Positions 50,398 to 58,732 of a DNA stretch of 64,000 bases are shown one piece after another. A program made the translations under genes and the position numbers. Below the pieces are notes generated by a model that worked only from the letters and a program-made list of their open reading frames with translations, was not told the DNA's origin and did no database searches. Origin of the DNA: Candidatus Latescibacterota bacterium (GTDB lineage: Bacteria > Latescibacterota > UBA2968 > GCA-2709665). The first letter of the stretch is position 1. Every line of letters begins with the position of its first letter. Location: the NCBI GenBank assembly GCA_965219455.1, contig OZ244744.1, forward strand, positions 2,624,001 to 2,688,000, in the 5' to 3' direction.

Positions 50398-51753
50398 ATG
50401 CGACCTTCGGATCGCGATACCATTGTCGCAATCGCCACCGGCCCCGGCGAGGCAGCGATAGGCATCGTGCGTCTTACAGGTCCGGAGGCAGTAGGAATTG
50501 CCTCCGGTTTTTTTTGTGGATCACTCGAATTGAGCCGCATTGAGGACCGCCGCCTGACGTACGGCCGGTTTGTCGTCGAAGACCAGGACCTGGATGAGGT
50601 CCTGGTCTCCGTCATGCGGGCATCCCGGTCGTTTACGGGCGAAGATACGGTCGAGTTCAACTGCCACGGGGGCCCTCTCCTTCTGCAACGAGCGATGGAG
50701 GGCCTCGTGTCGGCGGGTGCCCGGCCAGCTGAACCCGGTGAATTCACCCGGCGGGCATTTCTCAATGGCCGGATCGATCTCACCCAGGCGGAGGCGATCG
50801 CGGATATGATCGCCGCCCGGGCGGACCGGGGTCTTCGGTCCGCCTACTTCCGGTTGCGCGGTGGTTTGAGGTCAAGGTTCGAGGATCTGGCGGAAGTCCT
50901 GCGGGATTCGCTGACGTTGATCGAGGCCGGATTGGATTTTTACGAAGACGCGGGCGTCGAACAGGACGCCATCCGTCCGTCGCTCACGCGGGCGGCGGAA
51001 GAAATCGAGCGCCTGATCGCCTCCTATCGGCACGGGAAAGTCATACGCGAGGGCGTCCTCGTTGCGCTGGCGGGCCCTCCGAACGCGGGCAAATCGAGCC
51101 TCCTTAACGGACTGCTGGAAGAAGACCGCGCGATCGTGTCGCCGGTGTCCGGAACCACACGTGATACGATTGAAGAGTCCATTACCCTTGATGGGATTCG
51201 CGTAACGCTGGTCGACACGGCCGGTATCGTGGAGCCGCGTGACGCCATTGAGCGCGAGGGCGCCCGGAGGTCACGGGAAGTGATTACCCGGGCCGCGCTT
51301 GTGCTGTTGATCGTCGACGCGTCCGTCCCCGCTGCCGCGGGTTTGTATGACATGGTCGCGGGCGTGGATCCTGTCAACGTGCTTCTCGTGATGAACAAGA
51401 AGGATCTCGGCCTTCATGGCGATTGGCTGGGTGACCACGCGTTCCGGGGACTCTCCATCTCTGCCCTCACGGGGGAAGGTCTTGAGAGTCTCAGGAAGCA
51501 CATCCGCGGGCGAGTCGTGTCGGTCTCGGATCCCGAACCCGGTGTGGTAACGCACGCGCGCCACGTGGAGGCGTTGCGGCGGTCGGGGGACGCCCTTGGG
51601 AGGGCGACGGGTGCGCTGGACGTCGGCCTTCCGCGAGAAGTCGTCGCGTTGGAATTGGGGGAAGCAGCCGACGCGCTGGCCGAAATTGTCGGCGAAACGA
51701 CGTCGGAGGAGATCCTGGACCGGATTTTCAGTACTTTCTGTATCGGCAAATAA
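50398..51753 (+). CDS. mnmE: tRNA modification GTPase
   Basis: DTIVAIAT, SFTGED, GEFTRRAFLNG, GPPNAGKSS, GTTRD, DTAG, FCIGK. Confidence 0.96.
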   Translation: MRPSDRDTIVAIATGPGEAAIGIVRLTGPEAVGIASGFFCGSLELSRIEDRRLTYGRFVVEDQDLDEVLVSVMRASRSFTGEDTVEFNCHGGPLLLQRAMEGLVSAGARPAEPGEFTRRAFLNGRIDLTQAEAIADMIAARADRGLRSAYFRLRGGLRSRFEDLAEVLRDSLTLIEAGLDFYEDAGVEQDAIRPSLTRAAEEIERLIASYRHGKVIREGVLVALAGPPNAGKSSLLNGLLEEDRAIVSPVSGTTRDTIEESITLDGIRVTLVDTAGIVEPRDAIEREGARRSREVITRAALVLLIVDASVPAAAGLYDMVAGVDPVNVLLVMNKKDLGLHGDWLGDHAFRGLSISALTGEGLESLRKHIRGRVVSVSDPEPGVVTHARHVEALRRSGDALGRATGALDVGLPREVVALELGEAADALAEIVGETTSEEILDRIFSTFCIGK

Positions 51754-52126
51754 CCGAAAGACGGTTGAGGGGAGAAGGGAAACGGAAGACGTGAAAGGGA
51801 AGGGTGGGTTGTGCTCGGGGCCGGTTTTCCGCGAACTACTCTTACAACGGAAACCAGGGATTGAGCCCTGCCAAGTTTTCAGCACTCCCCATGCGAAGGC
51901 GCTGGACGGAATAACGCGGAAAAGACCCTTCGCCACCGCCGGACGGGCGAGAGGAAGACCCCGAAGGGCCGCCGCCTTGATTGGCGGTTATACCGCCTTT
52001 GGCTGTATGATTGCGCCGTTTTTGCATTTGTAGGGGCGACTTCAAAGTTGCCCACATCATGGCGTTGACAACGGCCATTGACAGCGCTGGGCCATATCGC
52101 CAACCGCTTCAAGCTGTCTGCTGATC

Positions 52127-52856
52127 GTGCGCCGTGAAAAGGCGCGGATCTTCAGTGGGTGAAAGTCCCACCCGACAAGGGTTGCTTCAGTCGGTAGCAA
52201 CCGGAGCGGGGACGTAGGTAACGAAATCTCCGAAGCCTCCGGTGTAAAGGGTCGCAAGGCGACTCCGCGAGTATGCAGGCCGTAACGCGCAGTGAACGCT
52301 GAGCAAGCCTCGAAAACTGCAATGCGGGAGCCGACCCGATGGTTAGCCGGGGAAGGCCGCCGCCGTTGGAAAAAAAAAGACAGCAACGCGTGCACCCAAC
52401 GGTCCCGCCGGGGTACTGGCGACGGCATGTATATAAAGGGAGGTCCGACGCAACACGGGAAGCCCCAGCGGTGGTGGTGAGACACCAACCGGAAACCCGC
52501 GAGGGACAGGCCGGGCCGAATGGGGTGGCGGACAGGCTCGTAGTACCGGTGATGCCGGGTAACGCCGGCGGAGGAAAGGGGCCTGACTTCGGACACGCTT
52601 GGGAAGGGAACAACGGATTGGAGAGTGGCGCAAGCCTATTACCTCCAAAGAAAGACCAGGCGATCCGGGAACAAGCTTGGCCTTCAGGTGAAGTTGCCTG
52701 GACATAGGAGGTGGCGTGTGCCTGAAGGCGACGTTCGTCGGAGAGCCGGATGCGGGAAATCCGCATGTCCGGTTCGACGAGCGGGATGTGGAAACGGGGC
52801 ACGGAGAGGCTATTAATAGGCCGCTCCTAAACTACCGCGCCACATCCCGACTCTAC
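52127..52856 (+). mobile_element. ORF-less group II intron (IIB-like)
   Basis: 5' GTGCG; domain V GAGCCGGATGCGGGAAATCCGCATGTCCGGTTC (52743-52775) with AGC triad; domain VI ending CTCTAC; domain III GTAGTACCGGTGATGCCGGGTAACGCCGGCGGAGGAAAGG; no RT ORF. Confidence 0.92.
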
Positions 52857-52859
52857 GCC

Positions 52860-53203
52860 GACCACTATTCGCTCCTCGTTCACAGGAAACCACGCCGGTA
52901 TCTGACGCGATACCATTCGAGAGGATCTCCAGAGCAGAGCGCGCGGTTCCGTCCCGCACCGAACACGGATATCCACTGTGGCCGGTAGGGCAGCAGATCC
53001 GGTGCATGCCGTAAGGAAATTCGCGCTGTGCATATGGCAGGCCCCGCGCCTAGCGGCGACTTTTGGTTCCTTTTGGTCGCTTCAAAAGGAACCCGCCTGA
53101 GGCAGGAAATTTGGGGAGATGTGGAATTGGAATCTGGTTTTCGCCTTTTGCTTCAAGCTAACGGCTGATGGCTGACCGCTAACAGCCAATCGCCAATCGC
53201 TGA
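52860..53203. repeat. Structured dispersed element plus heptamer repeats, homologous to 7810-8360
   Basis: GGCCCCGCGCC(T/G)AGCGGCG...TTTTGGT, hairpin TTCCTTTTG/CAAAAGGAA, TTTTGCTTCAAGCT followed by GCTGAYN repeats. Confidence 0.7.
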
Positions 53204-53219
53204 TGTTCCACGTGAAACA
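53204..53219. promoter_or_regulatory. parS centromere site
   Basis: TGTTCCACGTGAAACA vs consensus TGTTNCACGTGAAACA, ~8 kb from oriC. Confidence 0.9.
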
Positions 53220-53275
53220 TCGGATGCCGGCCGTGAAATCGAAGCGCCCCTTTTCCGGGCGCGCATGGAGGAGCG

Positions 53276-53932
53276 TTGACCGATCAGGAATTTCTGGCCG
53301 CCGCGAAAGCGTTGTCGGTCGATCTGTCGGAAGTGCAGGCCGCGCAGTTTTTTCGCTATGAGGCGCTGCTCAGGTCATGGTCAGAAAGGGTGCGACTGGT
53401 TTCCCGAGGGGACCGGGACAAAATCAGAGAGCACCACTTTATTGACAGTTTGCGGGTGGTGCCCTTTCTGCCCAGGGGGCCCATTTCGCTTTTGGACCTG
53501 GGATCGGGTGCGGGTTTTCCGGGCGTACCGGTCAAGATCGCCCGCCCGGAAGTGAATGTCGTGCTTCTTGAGTCGGCCCGAATGAAGGGTCTTTTCCTGA
53601 ACCACCTGGCGGGGGAACTCGAACTGGACGGGCTGTGCGTTGTAACCGAGCGGGCGGAGGCCGCCCGCGAGCGTGTCGAGCAACGGGGAGGGTACGATAT
53701 TGTAACGGCGCGCGCGGTCGGCTCCCTGCCGATGCTCTGGCGCCTGTCGTCAGGATTGCTAAAACGAGAGGGTGAGTTGTTCGCACTGAAGGGTCCCGGC
53801 GCCGTCCGGGAAGCAGAGGAATTCGGACCGGATGGCCCCGCCGTGTCCATGGAAACCATAGCGCCCGGATCCCGGCACAGGAACACAATTCTTGTCAGGG
53901 TCAGCGCCCGGCGAAATTCCGGGCCGCCCTGA
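53276..53932 (+). CDS. rsmG: 16S rRNA m7G527 methyltransferase
   Basis: HFIDSL, LDLGSGAGFPG, RAE, TARAV, LKG; GGAGG RBS with TTG start. Confidence 0.93.
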   Translation: MTDQEFLAAAKALSVDLSEVQAAQFFRYEALLRSWSERVRLVSRGDRDKIREHHFIDSLRVVPFLPRGPISLLDLGSGAGFPGVPVKIARPEVNVVLLESARMKGLFLNHLAGELELDGLCVVTERAEAARERVEQRGGYDIVTARAVGSLPMLWRLSSGLLKREGELFALKGPGAVREAEEFGPDGPAVSMETIAPGSRHRNTILVRVSARRNSGPP

Positions 53933-54331
53933 TCAAGCGGCGTGGACGAGCTCGATCAGTACGCCACCTGCGCTCTTGGGATGCAGGAAAGCCACCTGCC
54001 GGCCAAGCGCGTCTTTCCGGATTTTCCCGGCGATCGTGAGCCCCTCGTCTTCGAAGGATGAAACGGCCGCTTCGATATCCCTTACACGGATCGCGACGTG
54101 GTGCAGACCCTGGCCCCGTCTCGAAAGGAATCGCGCCAGAGAACTCCGATCGTCGAGGGGTTCGAGGAGTTCGATCGTGGTGAGGCCGGCGCCGGCGAGA
54201 AATACGGCCCGGACACCTTCGGCCTCCACGGTTTCTTCTTCCCGTTTTTTGAACCCGAGCATGGAATAGACGGCCAGGGCCTGGTCAATCCCTTCCACCG
54301 CAATGCCCACATGATCCACGCATCCGTCCAC
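53933..54331 (-). CDS. mce: Methylmalonyl-CoA epimerase
   Basis: DHVGIAV, IELLEP, GLHHVAI, FLHPK, GVLIELV. Confidence 0.92.
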   Translation of the reverse strand: MDGCVDHVGIAVEGIDQALAVYSMLGFKKREEETVEAEGVRAVFLAGAGLTTIELLEPLDDRSSLARFLSRRGQGLHHVAIRVRDIEAAVSSFEDEGLTIAGKIRKDALGRQVAFLHPKSAGGVLIELVHAA

Positions 54332-54333
54332 GT

Positions 54334-56175
54334 CTACCCCCCGGGTCTGTAGGTTCCAAAGACCGCACGCAGCCTGTCCGATATCTCGCCCACCGTTGCG
54401 CCGGCCAACCCCGCCGCCACGACCGCTTCCGTAATCGACCCCGTGCCCAGCGCCCGCTGTGCGACATTGTCCAGCGCGGAATTCGTCTCGTCGGAATCTC
54501 GCCTGTTCCGGGCCCGCGCCAGCCCACCCTTCTGTACGTGTTCGGTTTCCTGTGGGGGCTGGAACGCGGAAACCTGCGGGTCCGGGTCCCCCTGATACCT
54601 GTTCACCCCCACCACCACGGTCTCGCCGGATTCGATCTTCTTCTGCGCATCATATGCGGAGTCTGCGATACAGGCCGCTGTGAAGCCGTTTCCGGCAGCC
54701 TGTATGGCCCCACCCTCCCCGTCGACCGATTTCAGAACGGCGATGGCTTCCTCCTCGAGGGCATCGGTCATTTTCTCAACCGCAAACGATCCGCCCATGG
54801 GATCAACAGTGTCGGGGATGCCGCTTTCATAGGCCAGGATCTGTTGGGTGCGGACGGCCAGTTGCGCGCCGTTATCCGACGGCAGGCCAAGCGCTTCATC
54901 GAAGGCGTTAACGTGCAGGGATTGGGCGCCCCCGAAAACGGCGGCCAGCGCCTGCAGCGTGGTCCGCGCACAGTTGTTCAACGGCTGCTGGGCCGTCAGG
55001 GTCGAGCCTGCGGTCTGGGCGTGAAATCTCAATCGGCGGCAGTGTGGATCTCCGACGCCCAGGCGTTCCGCGACAAGGCGGCTCCAGAGTCGCCTGGCCG
55101 CCCGGAATTTGGCTATTTCCTCCAGGAAATGGTTGTGGACGCCAAAAAAGAAGGAGAATTTCGGAAGGATTCGCTCCAGTTCGAGGCCGGCCTCACTGGC
55201 GGCATCGGCATACGACAGGGCGTGGGCGAGCGTGAAACCAAGCTCCTGGGCGGCGGTTGCGCCCGCTTCTCTCATGTGGTAGCCGCTGACGCTGATGGGA
55301 TTCCACTTTGGCGCCTCCATGATACAATAACCCATCAGATCCACGACCATACGCATCGAGTCGGCAATGGGAAAGATATAGGTTCCACGTGAAACATATT
55401 CCTTGAGAATGTCGTTCTGAACCGTACCGGTGAGTACCGACGTAGGCAGCCCGCGTTTGTTTCCGAGACCTGCATAGAGCGCGAACAGGATGCACGCCGT
55501 CGCATTGATTGTCATGGATGTGCTGATACGGTCAAGCGGAATTCCATCAAAAAGGGCTTCCAGGTCCCCCAGGCCGTCCACCGCCACGCCCACCCTGCCG
55601 ACTTCACCCTCTGCGTTCGGATGGTCCGAGTCGTAGCCCATCTGGGTTGGCAGGTCAAATGCCACGCTCAGCCCGGTCTGACCCCGGGCGAGCAGCTCGC
55701 GAAACCGGGTGTTTGTCTCCGTTGGAGTGGAAAAACCCGCGTACTGGCGGAGGGTCCAGAGGCGTCCGCGATACATCGAGGGGTAGGCGCCGCGGGTGAA
55801 GGGCGGTTCGCCCGCGCGGCCGATCCGTTCCGGATGGATACCTCCCTGCTTAACCCCGGCAGGTTGGTGGTCCTTGCCGGCGATGCCGTCCGCCGTCCGC
55901 CGGCTCTCGGCCGGACCGGCAAGCAACCCCGCCATCCGGTCAAAAAGGCGTCTGGCCTCTTTTGTGCGGGCGCGCTGCCTGTATGCATGTATCAGAAGGG
56001 CCCTGGGGTCCAGTTCAAGGACGGCCGCAAGGTCCAGGCAACGCTCATCCGAAGGAATTCGCTTTCCCTTCTCGATCTGTCCAATATAGGTGCCCCAGAC
56101 ACCGATCTTTTCGCCCAGACCCTGCTGGCTGAACCTGCCCCGGCGCGCCCTCTCGATCATGTCGCCTAAATTCAT
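54334..56175 (-). CDS. Methylmalonyl-CoA mutase substrate-binding subunit with N-terminal XRE HTH fusion
   Basis: PFTRG, WTLRQYAGF, GLSVAFDLPTQMGYDSD, TVQNDILKEY, SGYHMREAG, GGAQSLH; N-terminal SQQGLGEKIGVWGTYIGQIEKGKRIPS; GGAGG RBS before ATG 56175; no B12-binding domain. Confidence 0.9.
   Translation of the reverse strand: MNLGDMIERARRGRFSQQGLGEKIGVWGTYIGQIEKGKRIPSDERCLDLAAVLELDPRALLIHAYRQRARTKEARRLFDRMAGLLAGPAESRRTADGIAGKDHQPAGVKQGGIHPERIGRAGEPPFTRGAYPSMYRGRLWTLRQYAGFSTPTETNTRFRELLARGQTGLSVAFDLPTQMGYDSDHPNAEGEVGRVGVAVDGLGDLEALFDGIPLDRISTSMTINATACILFALYAGLGNKRGLPTSVLTGTVQNDILKEYVSRGTYIFPIADSMRMVVDLMGYCIMEAPKWNPISVSGYHMREAGATAAQELGFTLAHALSYADAASEAGLELERILPKFSFFFGVHNHFLEEIAKFRAARRLWSRLVAERLGVGDPHCRRLRFHAQTAGSTLTAQQPLNNCARTTLQALAAVFGGAQSLHVNAFDEALGLPSDNGAQLAVRTQQILAYESGIPDTVDPMGGSFAVEKMTDALEEEAIAVLKSVDGEGGAIQAAGNGFTAACIADSAYDAQKKIESGETVVVGVNRYQGDPDPQVSAFQPPQETEHVQKGGLARARNRRDSDETNSALDNVAQRALGTGSITEAVVAAGLAGATVGEISDRLRAVFGTYRPGG
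55381..55396. promoter_or_regulatory. parS-like site inside the mutase CDS
   Basis: GGTTCCACGTGAAACA, 15/16 identical to the site at 53204. Confidence 0.7.
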
Positions 56176-56271
56176 CTGCGAAACCTCCGTCGCGGGAAAT
56201 GCGGGACTGAGAGTACGATTGCAAAACCGCGACTCAATCCACACACACTCGCATGTGTGGATTACGGACAT

Positions 56272-56300
56272 AATTTATTGTTAATACAGGACGTTGTGAA
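56272..56300 (-). promoter_or_regulatory. Candidate sigma70 promoter of the HTH-mutase operon
   Basis: TTCACA-N17-TAAATT in an AT-rich gap. Confidence 0.5.
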
Positions 56301-56428
56301 ATTCTATACCGTTTCTAAATGTGGGAGCGATCGGATCTCGATAACTGCAGGGACGACGAGATCTGACGTGATTCCAGAGGTTTTCGGGTCCGCCGTAAGG
56401 ATCCCGGTTTCCGACCTCGAATCCGTCG

Positions 56429-57286
56429 TCAGCCGGAGACGACCGGATTTTCAAGCCTGCCGATCCCGTCGACTTCACAGACGACGGTGTCCCCCGCTTG
56501 CAGCCAGAGTTGCGGCGCCCTGGCCATGCCGACTCCCGATGGCGTTCCCGTGAAAATCAGGTCGCCGGGTTGGAGGGTGACAACGCGGGACAGGTAGGCG
56601 ATGAGCTGGTCGATCTTGAAAATCAGCTGTTTCGTATTCGAGTCCTGTACGGTTTCGCCGTTCAGGATACAACGTATACCCAGATTGTGCGGATCGTCGA
56701 CCTCGTCGGGCGTGACAATATCCGGTCCCAGCGGAGCGAACGTGTCGAAGGTCTTGCCCAGCAGCCATTGTCCGCCGGGTTTTTCGAGCTGGAAGTCCCG
56801 CGCGCTCACGTCGTGGCCCACGGTATAGCCCGCGACATGGTCCATCGCGTCGGATTCAGATATATCTTTTCCTGCCGTCCCGATGACAACCACCAGTTCG
56901 ACCTCATAGTCGATAGACCGTGTCACCGACGGCAGGCGGATCGCATCGCCGGGACCGATAATCGTTGAAGAGAACTTGGAAAAGACCACCGGTTCGGGCG
57001 GAATGGGCATGTTGCTTTCGGCCGCGTGGTCTGCGTAGTTGAGGCCGATGCAGAGGATCTTTTCCGGATTCTGGATGGGCGCCGCGACACGGACGACATT
57101 GACGTCGATGCCTTCGCCCCGCTCTGCCGCTACTCGCGCCGCAGCCAGCGCAGCCGGCCCCGCCTTCAGCAGGCTTTCGAGATCCCGGGGAATGTCGGGA
57201 TCGACGCGGCTCACGTCCACGATCGTATCTCCCGACCGGACGCCCACGCGTCGCGTTCCCTGGTGGTCAAAAGTGAGCAATCGCAT
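56429..57286 (-). CDS. Fumarylacetoacetate hydrolase-family protein
   Basis: KILCIGLNYADH, DYEVEL, DVSARD, GKTFDTF, TGTPSGVG; start ATG 57286. Confidence 0.93.
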   Translation of the reverse strand: MRLLTFDHQGTRRVGVRSGDTIVDVSRVDPDIPRDLESLLKAGPAALAAARVAAERGEGIDVNVVRVAAPIQNPEKILCIGLNYADHAAESNMPIPPEPVVFSKFSSTIIGPGDAIRLPSVTRSIDYEVELVVVIGTAGKDISESDAMDHVAGYTVGHDVSARDFQLEKPGGQWLLGKTFDTFAPLGPDIVTPDEVDDPHNLGIRCILNGETVQDSNTKQLIFKIDQLIAYLSRVVTLQPGDLIFTGTPSGVGMARAPQLWLQAGDTVVCEVDGIGRLENPVVSG

Positions 57287-57341
57287 AAGAAAGGCGACCT
57301 TTCCTTTTAGGGATGACGTTGTCCTGCCGAACAGGGCGCGA

Positions 57342-57370
57342 AGAATAACATGCCGGCCGTCTTCTGTCAA
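57342..57370 (-). promoter_or_regulatory. sigma70 promoter of the FAH-family gene
   Basis: TTGACA-N17-TATTCT. Confidence 0.65.
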
Positions 57371-57940
57371 GGGATAAGGACGACTAAACGGGCGGCGGCA
57401 TACCCCCGAACGGGAGCAACCCGTCCGGGGGTATGCGGTATCGGAACACGAGGTATTCCACATTGCTGAATAACTGTACAAAGTCAGATGTTTATTATTA
57501 AATATCTGTTTTTATTCATTTAATGAAGCCATCTTATAAGTTTCCCCCAAGTTATAATACCAGCCTGTGGAAAAAACGTGGATAAATCCGGCGGCTCCAC
57601 CAACCCCCCGCAGCCGACGACGCAATCCTGTGTCCCGCGAATCCGATGCCCGCGACAACCATGACCGGATCGCGCACGAAACCACGGCGGTTGCGATCGT
57701 TTCGCGTGAGGCGCTCCGGGGCGGTGACGAAGGAAGATCAACCTGGAAAAACGACCGATTCCGGGGGCCTCCGGTCAGTGCCCACCCCCTGTCGACCCGC
57801 GGAAATCGGTCAAGCGGCGCCGCGTCCGGGACCGAAGATTTCCCTTGCTACCCCCCTGCGATTATTCTATATTTTGGAAAAAATTGCGGCAGTGTAGTGT
57901 CCGGAAATGCGATATCCCGGCCAATGGGGAATGCTGGCTC

Positions 57941-58522
57941 GTGATTGAGAAGGTTAAAGACGACGTCGCGGAACTGCTCGAACCCTCCACGCAGTTTCTT
58001 GTGAAGAAACGGTTCCGGCCGGATGTACTGACCCTGGTCGGGTTCATCCTGAACCTGGTTGCGGCGGTGCTTTTCGGATTCGATTACATGCGGTGGGCAG
58101 GCCTGATTGTGCTGCTTGCCGGCGTGTTCGATTTTCTGGATGGACAGGTGGCCCGCGTGGGCCAAAGCGAGACCACGTTCGGCGCGCTTCTGGACTCGAC
58201 TGTCGACCGGTATTCAGAGATTTTCATCTGGTTTGGCGTGGCGGTCAGCTTCATCCGTTCGGACTCCCTGTGGACCACGTCCGCCGTGTTTTTTGCGCTG
58301 GCCGGCTCTTTGATGGTGAGCTATATCCGGGCACGCGTAGAGGGTCTGGGCGAAGAATGCAAGGTCGGTTTCATGCAACGGCCGGAACGGGTCATTGCAA
58401 TCGGCGTGGGGGCGCTTGTGGGCCAAATCGGTCTTACGGTGGCGATCTGGGCGATTGCGTTTCTGGCCAACTATACCGCGCTGCACCGGGTATTGTATTT
58501 TCGAAAGCGGTCCCGGAGTTGA
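57941..58522 (+). CDS. CDP-alcohol phosphatidyltransferase
   Basis: DFLDGQVAR...FGALLDSTVDRYSE motif, SYIRARVEGLG, RPER; start codon uncertain. Confidence 0.9.
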   Translation: MIEKVKDDVAELLEPSTQFLVKKRFRPDVLTLVGFILNLVAAVLFGFDYMRWAGLIVLLAGVFDFLDGQVARVGQSETTFGALLDSTVDRYSEIFIWFGVAVSFIRSDSLWTTSAVFFALAGSLMVSYIRARVEGLGEECKVGFMQRPERVIAIGVGALVGQIGLTVAIWAIAFLANYTALHRVLYFRKRSRS

Positions 58523-58624
58523 CCGGATGGCCGACAGGATTCGCGTGAACTGAAAACGACTCAAAGGAATCACCCGGGAGAAGGCGCACGACGGTGCGCC
58601 GTTTTTGTACGGACCCGCCAGCGG

Positions 58625-58668
58625 AAATCCGGAAGAGAATCGGTTATGTGTTTTCTTCCGGATTTTTT
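58625..58668 (+). terminator. Terminator-like hairpin
   Basis: AAATCCGGAAGA...TCTTCCGGATTT followed by a T run. Confidence 0.55.
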
Positions 58669-58732
58669 ATATTCCCGCTGACTGACCCCGCGAGGCGCAG
58701 GGGGTTCCTGGGACGAATTTCAGATCGACACG

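Noticed and set aside
51805-51865. VVLGAG peptide as a possible mnmG remnant
   Set aside because: Too short, and no further similarity follows
52378-52384. AGACAGC complementary to exon positions -14..-8 as EBS2
   Set aside because: It lies 3' of the predicted EBS1 and overlaps the candidate alpha' element, unlike canonical EBS2; may be chance
52057-52988. ORFs overlapping the group II intron
   Set aside because: No RT motifs (no YADD); they are incidental frames through structured RNA
56176-56428. Cobalamin riboswitch upstream of the mutase
   Set aside because: No recognisable B12-box or GGGAA...GCCACTG core seen
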